From positions 890,615-954,614 of the forward strand of contig JBNZDD010013714.1 in the NCBI GenBank assembly GCA_050575255.1: a stretch of 64,000 nucleotides of DNA, read 5' to 3'. The stretch is from Harriotta raleighana. Taxonomy: Eukaryota. Position 1 is the first letter of the stretch. Each line of letters starts with the position of its first letter. The position numbers were made by a program, and so were the translations under genes. The notes under the pieces are model-generated. The model was given only the letters and a program-made list of their open reading frames with translations. It was not told where the DNA came from and ran no database searches. Positions 53,164-64,000 of this stretch are shown here, piece by piece.

Positions 53164-55115
53164 TATAATATATTTCGTATATCTACTTATAAACATATTA
53201 AATGTAAAAATTCTTGCTGAACATCTAAAAGTGCTTCTCAGGATTTTACTGTAAAGTTAGTGTTTATTTGTAAGTGAATGTGACAACCAATTTGCATATA
53301 CAACAAAGTCTTACAAATGACTGTGAAATTAGTGATTTTATTTTGGGGATTGTTGGCCAGACCCCTGAAGAAACTTCTGTCTATTTTCAAATAGTGCCAA
53401 AAGATCTTTAACGTCCACCCAAACAGGCAGATTGGGTTAACATCTCAAATGATAACATATGTAACATATTAACATATGTTATATATGAAACATACATAAC
53501 AACTATGTATTAATGATTTCATAATAATTTTCCGCTGTCATCTTGAAAACCCAACTACAGTATTCCATTCACCAATGAACAGATTTCCACTGCAATGGCA
53601 ATCTGTTCGTTGTTGCATGAGAGAGCTCTCTGGAAATGCTTAATATCTAAACCAGATGCTGAAAATTTGTCATTTCAACATCCATTTCTCAATAAAATGT
53701 GTTTAATAACAAAAGAAAAGTCATTTGGGTCATATAATCCTCATTTGAGGAGTATAAAGTTACTTAGTTGTCATCCCAAAAGGCTCATGCAGTGCCAGAT
53801 GTTACTGCTGAGCGTCTGTGGCTGCTCAGCAGATGGGATTGCGTAGGTTGTACCTGTACTGTTATGGCAATGGGTTTAAGAACTGCTAACACAGTGCCAT
53901 GTGAAACTGGAATGCTTGTGTTGTCTGGATGTCTATATTTACTTCTTACAAATGGAAACTCCATCCATTGACTAGAAATACACTCAGAAACTCCCATCTA
54001 ACACAATCCACTTCTGAAATTTCTGAGTTTTTATTGGTCAATAGGATTTTGAATGGGGTTCTGAAGAAATGCCACTACTAATCTCTATCAAAATTAGGGA
54101 GAATGTAAGAGTGCCTTTTTAAAATCTGATATGTGCTAAGTATTTAATTGATAATTTTACCTCTGGCTTGCAATCTCTATCTACCTATTTTTTCAATAAT
54201 ACTGTATTAGTCATTGCTCCTGTGAACCTTCCTCTTGCATATTATTCTAATTGTACTTAAATAATTTTGTGGATAATCCATGTTTATTCTTGGGACAGAA
54301 ATTGTGTGAATACTGGATTTAGTGAAGAGTCATTAAAACTAAACTTTTAAAATGAAATGTTGAATGTTAAGCACTTGAAATATGGCTCATATAGGTACAT
54401 ATTCAGTTGTTGTACGAGTTTCTCTGAGTCCCTCTGATGTCCTCAGGCAATGGTTAACCTAAACCTGAGAGGATACGAGTGCCCCAGTATGTTTCTGCTT
54501 GTGTTTCTTGGAGCAACAACTATTAGAGTGCCTGAGGATATCTGCTCTTCTGGTACTTTTGTCTGCAATACTCTCCTTGGCTGATCCCAAGTGAGACAAT
54601 GGCTGATATTGCAAGGATGTGCATCTGAAATTACTGAGCATGACTAATCCCATTGGAACAATTCTCATTTATGGACCAGATTTGAAGATTAGTTCTCGGA
54701 ATCTCAATTTTACAGGTTTGTATTCACCAGGCCTGTCAGAACCTAAACAAGCCATAAAGTTGAGCACAAACCAGGTATTATTTGTGGCTAATATATTTCC
54801 CCAGACTGTAACTCCACTATTGAGTGGAATGTTGATGGCCATAATCCAGATCCCAGAAACGAGGGCATCCTCACAGGAGACGTGGACCTACAGAGAAAGA
54901 AACCACAGAGAATGGCGGAACTCAAACAACTGTGACATCTGTAGAGTGAAGGAAACATAATCTGGCAGGTGGAATGAAAGGAAATGTTCTGCACCCTGTA
55001 TTACCTATGAACAGAAATAAAATATCTTTCTATCTGCAACCAAGGACACAGAGAACACTGAGGATATGAGGAGGCCTAGGAACCAAACTAATTGTACAAA
55101 GATGTACAAAATATT

Positions 55116-55128
55116 GTTACTAGGCAAC
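55116..55128. promoter_or_regulatory. Candidate 13-bp RFX X-box (GTTACTAGGCAAC)
   Basis: Motif match only. Confidence 0.3.
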
Positions 55129-55654
55129 AGCCTTTCGAACTACACAATGTAAAATGTATTTCAACAGATGAAATCATTTCTGATCCTAATAGGTTCAATT
55201 TGAATTTGAGAGGAGGAAAAAGTGTGGTCCAAGTTGCAGGTGGTTGAAGTGAAGTTGAGTAAGGTTTCTGCGATTTCAAAGAGCATACCAAAAGCTGAGC
55301 TCACAATCCAAGTATCCGTACTATTGATAAATTCAATAGCAGTTCATAATGGTGTTTCTAATCAACTCCAATCCCAGAACAATTTTGTGTGCATATGTAC
55401 TTGTATTTGTAGCAACATACCACAAAGGGTTTGTGCTTCACACATAACAGAAAATATTGCATTGAATATGAAAAATAAAGCACGCAACACAGCGTGTTCA
55501 GATGTTACCCCCCCAACCCCTCACCCTAATTGTCAGTGTCAAATACTGATCACAGAATACAGTACCGATTGTATTTTTTTTAATCCTTATATTTGATAAC
55601 AACATGTTATTGAGTAGCCTCAAACTGCTTCACAGGCTTTACTGTAATTAAGGT

Positions 55655-56450
55655 GTCTCCGTTCTCTCCCATATCCATGCCATGACCAGCACTGTCTTCC
55701 ACCAATTATGCAACATTGCCCAATTCCGCCACTGCCTCACCACTCAGGCCATCAAAACCCTCACACACACATCTGTCACCTCAAGGCTCAACTACAAAAA
55801 CTCATTGACGGCCTTCCCAGCTTTTCCCTCCACAAGCTGCAGATAATCCCAAACTCTACAGCCCATCCTGCACTGAGCTCCGTGACCCCATCACTTCCAC
55901 TCTCGCCCGGCTCCATAGGCTCCTCATCCTTCAGAGGATAGAATTTAAGATCCTCATCAAGCTGTCCGCTCACTGTTCAGCAGGCTCCAGCCAGCTGCAT
56001 GTCTCCTGCTCTATCATCAGCGGCCAGGCTTTCAGCCTCTCTGCCCCCTACTCTTTGGAGCTCCATCACACAATCTCTTCCCCTTCCTCACTTCTTTGCC
56101 TCCTTCAAGCCCTGTCTCAAGACCTTCCTTTCCTACAGTGCCTTCAGCTGCCCCCCTATTTCTCTGTCCTCCCTCAACCCAACACTTCCTATTCCACCAA
56201 CTCTGCAGCCCATGTCCTATCCTGCACCGAGCTCCGTAACCCCATCACGCCCACCCTCCCCCGGCTCCATAGGCTCCTCATCCCTCAGAGGATAGAATTC
56301 AAGATCCTCATCAAGCTGTTCGCTCACTGTTCAGCAGGCTCCAGCCAGCTGCATGTCTCCTACTGTCCCCTGACTCCTGACTGTTCAGCGTCTTTGGGAC
56401 ATCCTCCCGACGTGAAAGACACTCTACAAATGTAATTTTTTCATTGTTGT
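55655..56450 (+). mobile_element. L2 3' fragment with an internal duplication
   Basis: PITPTLPRLHRLLIPQRIEFKILI frame and L2 tail. Confidence 0.85.
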
Positions 56451-57116
56451 TAATACTAATTATTATTCTAACCAACCACTAAACTACAGGACTCCAAATT
56501 ATGTTCTATTCCTGTATGTCTTCTGTGTTTTCTAAATACATGTGATAATTATTTACTAGGTTGAGTGTCAGGTAACTAGAATATTGCTGAAGCCATTAGT
56601 TACAGTACAGTCGTTTCCAGAATCTTCCAAAGCTTCCTTATAATTTAGTAACACTCCATAGAACACCTGTGAGAGTGCACTTGGAATGAAAACCAAATAT
56701 CTCCTGCCTCTAATTGTGTACTTTTTGTATCTAACTGGAATATCAGATCATCAAGCCTGCATTTTGAGCAATAATGTCTGCTATTTTCATTTGCACGAGC
56801 AAAATCTCATCCCTTGTCTTCCCTTCTCCACTGATTCCAGTCTGCTTAATTGGTGTGCATTGATCCAACAGTGAATCAGGCTCCAAAGTCCTACTGTACA
56901 TTAATGCATGGCAGCAATGCTCACTTGGTAATGGAGACAGAACCTTCAGTGGTCAGGTTTGAATGATTTCAGGTTGGAATGCTAGAAAAGAAAACATAAT
57001 GGGCAGATGTTTGGCCAGGATGTTGTCTTCAGAGCCCTTGAAACAAACAGAAAATGCATATTTCCCCATCTCTTGCCTGAAGAACTCAGCTCTCTCTTCA
57101 AGTGAAACAGTGATCC

Positions 57117-57710
57117 TGTCTACTACAACTGTATAGGGCCCTGATGAGACCACACCTAGAATATTGTGTGCAGTTTTGGTCTCCTTATTTAAGAAAGGAT
57201 GTACTCGGCTTAGAGGGGGTACAACATAGAATCACTAGGTTGGTACCTGGGATGAGGGAGATGAGCTATGAGAATAGGTTGAGCAATCTAGGCCTATATT
57301 CTCCAGAATATGGAAGAATGAGAGGTGATCTTATAGAAACCTATAAGATTATTAAGGGACATGACAGTATAGATAGTGGGAGACTTTTTCCCCTGGTTGG
57401 AGAAAGTTATATCCAGGGGTCACAGTCTTAAAATTAGGGGTCAGCACTTTTGCATTGAGTTGAGAACAAACTTCTTCACATAGAGGATAGTGAATTTATG
57501 GAATTCTCTAACCCAAAAGGGCTGTAGATGTCCAGTCATTGAACATATTCAAGACTGAGATTGATAGATTACTTGTGGATAAAGGCATTAAGGGATATGG
57601 GGATAAGGTGGGTAGGTGGAGTTAGAATAGATCATACATGATCTTATTGAATGGCGGGGCAGGCTCGAGGGGCTGAATGGCCTAATCCTGCTCCCAATTC
57701 TTATGTTATA
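57117..57710 (+). mobile_element. CR1 LINE 3' end (ORF2 C-terminus and 3' UTR)
   Basis: RPHLEYCVQFWSPY and RMRGDLIETYKI are hallmark CR1 ORF2 motifs; ggctgaatggcct 3' UTR. Confidence 0.95.
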
Positions 57711-58886
57711 TTATTACTGTGTGTCTCTGATAATCACTACCCTGTGTACTGGATTACGACATATCTCTGATAATTAGCAATGTAGATTGAGGTCTTGAGT
57801 GATTCCTCATCAATTAGACCCCCGTGTCTGGAAATCATTCCTCTTGTTCTTTTTCAGCGCCTTGGGACGTCCTCCAGATGTGAAAGGCACTATTCAAGTG
57901 TAATTTTGTGGTTGTTGAAATCATTATGAAAACAATTTAAAAGTGAGATTGCTCCCAGACCTCTGTTCAACATACTTCCCCCAGCCACTGAGAGACAAAC
58001 AGTAAATAGTGGCCTTTGGGGCTCAAATTCCGATTTAACCTCTGATTCTCCCCCATCATGCTGGAAGCCTTTGCTCACTGGCGCTTCAATATTTCCTGGC
58101 TGAGGTTGGAAACTCTGCTGTGGGCAATTACCAGCATCCTCAAATCCTAATTCCATGGTGTTTAAAGTGAAGGTTTGTGAGTAGAATTAAGATTTGGGGA
58201 TAGAACATGGCCAGGTCATGCTAGGCTGAGACCAGTTGCTGACAGCTGCTCTATTACCAGATGTTAGCTTCTTCCTATCGTACTTTTCCAATTCACAATG
58301 TTTTGCATCTGATCACACAAGATGATTTATATAGAGGCGAATACTCTTCACAAAGTCTCCAGAGACCAAGTCAAGTGTGTAATACCCAATACTGTATTAG
58401 GCCAGATATTGCAGATGCCATCCCCATGCAGTCAGTCGTCAAGTCATTTTAAATTATGTTTTGTTTCCAATCCATAAGCCTTTTATTATGCAAAGCTTTT
58501 TAATTAGAATCGCATATTGTGAGAGGGGCTGCCCAGAGCTTTGTTAACAACCATAAGTAACTATGGTGTATTGTGAGATCACTGAACATGTGTGACACAG
58601 AGCAGAGAATGAATGGCTAGGAAAACAAGAAGGCTAGAAACAAGTGTAGTGACTGTTTTATAGACAGATATGGTACTATTTTGCACACAGCAAGATCCCA
58701 AAGATCCCCCCAAATATTTTGTTTTTTGATTGATTGATTGATCTCACAAACAACTATGACAGATTGACTGAATGATTAGGAAGATTGTTGACCAGGACAC
58801 CAGGAGAAACTCATTTTTGACTAGTGTCATGAAATCTTTTAACGTCCATCTGAGGACTAGCAGATTGCACCTAGGTTTATCATCTG

Positions 58887-59183
58887 AATAATAATAATAA
58901 AACTTGTATTTGATATAGTGCTTATCACGTCTTCTAGACGTCTCAAAGTGCTTCACTGAATATTCTGTAAAGTTAATTGACTGTATATTTGTAGGCGAAA
59001 CGCGGCAGCCAATTGTACATGTGTCCCACAAATAGTCGTGCATTAAAATGACCAATTTTTTTGAGGGATTATTATCAGGCATGTGGAGTAAGGAAACTTG
59101 CCCAAGGTTTCACCCTGCCTGGAATCAAACCCAGGTCTCTTGCTTGTAAGGCAAGTGTTCTAACTACTGAGCTACAGGACTCC
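58887..59183 (-). mobile_element. SINE, full length
   Basis: Reverse-complement head gagctacaggactcc, plus body and tail. Confidence 0.9.
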
Positions 59184-59477
59184 ACGGACTCCATAATGAC
59201 CTCTCTGACAGTAAATGTACAAGGGAGTATCAGCAAAAGATAAGATAGTGGGGAACTCTTACTTGTTTTTTGGTCAAATATATCACTGCTGTTCAATAAA
59301 TCAACAAAGAGATGGTGGCATGGGGTTGAGTTAAAGAACCTGGAAGATAACAGCAGTACAGACTGTTCTATTGTCATTTAATGGACTGATGAAGTATTAG
59401 CAGCTCAGTTGGAAAGCAATCATCTGTTGTATCTGTTGTGGGCATATTAAATCTGTCACATACAGCTCAACATATTC

Positions 59478-61040
59478 ATAATAATCCTTGCATTTGGCAT
59501 TGAGCCTTATCATGTTGGAAGGACATCTCAAAGCGCTTCACATAATTTGCTGTGAAATAGATTAACTTGTGCATTTGTAGGCCAATTTGGCAGAACAATT
59601 AAGTATAGCAATGTCCCACCAACAGCCATGAAATGACTGACCAATTTTATTTGGAAGAATTGTTGTTCCAGGTCATTGGCCTTCCCCTTTTGAAATGTGT
59701 CACGCAATCTCAGTTTAACCTCTCATCCTAAGGACGACACCTCCGACATTACAACACACTCCTGCATTGGAGTATCAGCTTAGACTATGTAAATTCAAGT
59801 CCTGATGTGGGAATTGAATCCACAATCTTCTGACTCAAAGGCAAGCCGATGATAATAATGCTTACATTTTATATATTGCGTTTCACATTTGGAGGATATC
59901 TCAAAGGATATACAGTACTACTGTACAAAGTGCAGTGAGTGCGCATTTTGTAGACAAACGGGCAGCCAATTTGTACCCAGCAATATCCCTCAAAACAGCC
60001 ATGAGGTTAATGACCAATTTTATTTGGGGGGCAGTTTGCCAGAACATCAAGAAAACTTTTGAAATAGTGCTTTGGGATCTTTACAGTCCACCTGATTAGT
60101 GAGACTGAATCTTAATTTTAATGTCTCATCTGCAGAAAGTTGCTTCTGCAAATGGAACCCGCACCCAACACTGTATTTGGAGTCTCAGCCCAGAAGATAA
60201 GTTTGAAGTCTCCATGTGTGCTTCACTCCACATCCGTCTTTTTTTTTGATCAGTTGAATGTCTGACATATATGGAAACTCATCACCGTACTGATGTTCCC
60301 GACTCTGTGGTGAGAGCGCTTCCAGGCTGATTAATCCACTGAATCACTCTCCATAGACTATGAAAGTTACAGATCCAGACTCTGGTCTGTCCTGAGTTAG
60401 ATCATCTCAGCAATACATTTAGATTTAATCCTTGCTCCAGATCGCTACCTGGAACAAACACCCTCCCCTCACCCTATCATGGGAAGTTATGTGTTTGTGC
60501 ATATCTGGTGTGCAGATATCTGGAAAGGACAGGATCTGGCTGTAGCTATGATTCCCCTGTGTCCAAATAACTTGCTGATACTCAGTGCTAGCCTGCATTA
60601 TTATAAATAATGAGTAACAGGAAAGATACCAAAGGATGACTTATGTCCATGGAACTACACCAATTGGTAAATACAGGCTATTGAAACATCGGGGAACATC
60701 AATTTAAAAAAAGGGGGTATTGGCTTCAAATCTTTTATACTATAATAAAGCTTGCATTTAATATAGCTTACACATTGGAAAGATATCTCAAAGTGCTTCA
60801 TAGGATTTTACCATCAGCAGTTTGTGTATATGTAGGTGAACTTGGCAGACGATTTATTCACAGCAAGATCCCTCAGACAGCTATGAAGGGAATGACCAAT
60901 TTTGTTGGCCAAGACACTAGATGAAACTCCTTGCTCTTTTAAAATAGTGCTATGGGATCTTTAACGTCCACCCGAACAGACAGAACTTTGGTTTAACATC
61001 TCATCCAAATATGGTACCTCCAACAATGCAGCACATGCTT
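59478..61040 (-). mobile_element. Region with three older, diverged Deu-type SINE copies (about 59478-59845, 59855-60220, 60745-61040)
   Basis: Shared gggatctttaacgtccacc / gtttaacatctcatcc core resembling the DeuSINE domain (from memory). Similar pieces near 15200-15430, 44320-44520, 53200-53450 and 58680-58885. Confidence 0.65.
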
Positions 61041-62279
61041 CAGATAGAATTTACAGAAGTCGATGGGAACATGCAGCTGGTCAGGCTGCATCCATGAAGA
61101 AAGGGAAATGCTTAACATTTCAGGTCTATTACCTTTCGGCAAAATTAGGGGATATTGGAAGGGAGCAGTTTATAAGGACAACAACATCAATAAAATTACA
61201 TTTATAGAGCGCCTTTCACATTGGGAGGACGTCCCAAGGCGCTGAAAGCAGAGAAGGGGATAGGGAAATAAAGCAAAGGAAAATAATGAAATTGGATAGT
61301 GCAAGACAAAAAGCAATATGGGGTTTCCAGCATTTGTGGTAAAATTAGTCATTCACGTCCTGCCAGTTTGTGCAAACAGTTTGCCAAGTTCACTTACAAA
61401 TACATAATTGGTGTGAATTTAACTTCTGTTAAAATCCTGTAAAGTGCTTTGAGATGCTTTGACAAAATGATAAGGTACTGTAGAAAATATAAGGATTTTT
61501 TTTGTGTTTGGCTTATCACAATACCTCACAGAGGAATGTCAATAGTTTAAGCACAAAGTAGACTTGGAAACATCGGTTAGACTCTAATAGGTGTCAGCGG
61601 TGGAAATGTTGGGGAGATTACACATATTGCTCGAGGGCAGGGGATGGTTTGTGAGAGTTGGTTTTATTCTTACAGAAGTAACACCTTTTGACTTAGGGAA
61701 ATGTTTGTTATTTCACTGTCGCTACAGTCAACCACTGTCAGACTAATAAGTTTTTAAAAAGCCAGCTCTAGTCCTGGGCCTCAGAAGAAGATTTTGACAA
61801 TGAAATGGTAATATCACATGGTCTAAGTGGACATGACAATGTAATCCTCAAAAGGAAACAAATCCACAAAAAAGAATTTATTTTGTTTGCAGTTTAAATA
61901 AATAATTTTGAAATTTTCTATGTACAGCCTAATATTAACAGATATTGTCAGCTTCTATTATATTTTAAAATATTCCAAGTTCACTGTAGAACCACAGAGC
62001 GTTCTTCTGATTGAGTTACTTTGAGTACAATTAAACAAAGAAAAAAAATTGGTCCCTTCAATCCATGACTGTGGACACTGCTGTGCTCAATTGGCTGCCG
62101 TGTTTCACCCACAAATACAATCAATTTACTTTACAGTATATTCTGTGAAGTACTTTGAGACATCTCGAAGATGTGATAAGACTCTATATCAAATGCAATG
62201 ATTATTACAGTGTCTACCTTGGTGCCACTTACTCATGGCAAGTAAGTACATCCAGAGGTCCAGGCTGTTGTTAGTGATC

Positions 62280-62720
62280 AACAAGTTGGATTTATATAGC
62301 CCCTTCCATGTGTCTCAGAGCACTTCTCAGTAACGGATCCCAGGGACGAGCCAGGGGGAGGGGGAAGAAGGTGACTGAAAGTGCAGTCGAAAAGAAAGGT
62401 CTTTAGCCGAGACCTGAAAATACGAAAGCAAGGGGCAAAACAAAGGGAGTAAGGGAGGGAGTTCTACAGCCTCCAGATATATTGGTTGAAAGCACTCCTG
62501 CCGATGGTGGAGCAAAGACAACAGGTACTGTTGTGAGGGGAGAGGTGGTCAGTGAGGTAGGAGGGTGCAGAGGAGTGGAGGGATTTGAATACAAGCATGA
62601 GGATCTTGAAATCAATCCTCTATGGGACAGGGAGCCCGTGCAGTCTGGCAAGGACTGGGGTAATTGGAGAGTGGAGTTTTGTACAGGTGAGAATGTGGTT
62701 GGCAGAGTTCTGTATGGTCT
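62280..62720 (-). mobile_element. L2 3' fragment
   Basis: Reverse complement of the L2 body (gaggatcttgaaatcaatcctctatggg). Confidence 0.8.
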
Positions 62721-63008
62721 AACTGTTGCTAAAAGTGGTGGAGTATGTCAAAATGATAATGGGTGTAACTGATGCTGATCGTATCAAAATGATGCTGTGT
62801 GTACTGGATGATAAATAGTGCATCAGCATGCAAGCATTGATCTAATGCTGAGGGCAAACAACAACAAAATTTCATTTGTAAAGCATGTTAGCTAATGATA
62901 CATAATGGCAGTACTTTGTTAGCATAATACAACTATAGAAAGCAGCCTCCAGGTTTGGCGGGGAATAGTGGCGATGAAGCACTGGACTGAGGTACCATAT
63001 CTTTGCGA

Positions 63009-63310
63009 AGTCCTGTAGCTCAATGGTTAGAGGACTCGCCCTATATGCGAGAGACCTGGGTTCAATTCCAGGCAGAGCGAAACCTTGGGCAAATTTCCTT
63101 TCTCCCCACATCTAATAATAATCCCTGAAAAATAAAAAACAATAATAAAATAGTCCTGTTTGTGGGACACAGCTGTGCGCAATTGGCTACTTCATTTCGC
63201 CCACATTGATACAGTCAATTCACTTTACAGTATATTCTGTGAAGTGCTTTGCGCCATTTAAAAAAAGGCGTGAAAAGTGCTACATCAAATCCAAGGATTA
63301 TTATTACTAC
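63009..63310 (+). mobile_element. SINE, full length
   Basis: gtcctgtagctcaatggttagag head through aaggattattatta tail. Confidence 0.9.
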
Positions 63311-64000
63311 CACTTTTGAGGGGGATAAGGGGTTTAGTAGAAATTTTGCAGAATTTTACTTCACAAGTTGAGGTGGGCTGAATCTTTGATCCAGCTGATT
63401 GCATGTGGTTTGTGGAAGGAGTGAGTTTATTGGCTGTGTACAGCGAGTGCAATGGACAGCTTGCATCAGAGTACAGCAGGAGCATGCAACGTAAACAGTG
63501 ATAAGAGAGCTCACACATGGCTCGGAATGGGCCAATACCCAATAATGTGTTCGCATGTGACAATGTGCAGGGAAACAGAATGTAAATCACCGGGCGTTGT
63601 AATTGTGACTATCATGCAAAAAATTGGATCGGAATGCAGCAGCGTACATGAGCAGAACGGCTTTTGTGTGCAGCCTAAAGAGTTCTTGCACTGTTCACTT
63701 GTCGAACTTCCAACACAGTTTGATAAATGAACAGCTCTATAAAGGAGAAATAACAAATGAAATAATGTGTGCTCTAACACATCCCTTCGGTGCTGTTAGT
63801 TTCCCAGTTGACTGAAAGCATGTGTGATAATACACTTCATATTATAGTCCAATAGTTAATGTCTTATTTTAACACAAGGCAAGGTAAGAAAAATGCTTCT
63901 CACTCTAGGCTGATTGACAGCTGGAAACCACTTGATCTCTGTTTTCAAAGAAAGAACAAAGTAACAATCCCTCCACTGTACACACTCTCACCACCCGCAG

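Noticed and set aside
60254-60310. Possible plus-strand exon with ATG (METHHRTDVPDSV|gtgaga)
   Set aside because: Sits between old repeats, has no recognisable homology and no supported downstream exon.
1-64000. CRISPR arrays, operons or other prokaryotic systems
   Set aside because: The sequence is eukaryotic with spliceosomal introns; the recurring motifs are dispersed SINE/LINE copies, not regularly spaced repeats.

Overview
Vertebrate genomic DNA that is intron-rich and repeat-dense. The mix of L2 LINEs, CR1 and tRNA-headed Deu-type SINEs suggests a cartilaginous fish, probably a chimaera (inference). Almost all ORFs in the supplied track are spurious or transposon-derived. The main feature is a spliced minus-strand gene starting in a CpG island at about 39 kb. 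I reconstructed 7 phase-consistent GT-AG coding exons (38962-38798, 22520-22385, 21451-21283, 17419-17246, 10156-10069, 3227-3103, 2230-2169; 919 nt, about 306 aa, C-terminus unresolved). They encode a protein I cannot name, with a GCN5/PCAF-like GNAT acetyltransferase domain. The domain is split by a ~100-aa acidic-then-basic insertion and has Gln where GCN5 has its catalytic Glu. An RFX X-box sits just upstream of the start codon, hinting at a ciliary role. The right-hand 25 kb has no coding exon I could support, though it may hold a divergent transcript. The remainder is SINEs, L2/CR1 fragments, four Tc1/mariner-Tigger-type MITEs, small duplications and two assembly artefacts at single-N gaps. 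Repeat boundaries are approximate.
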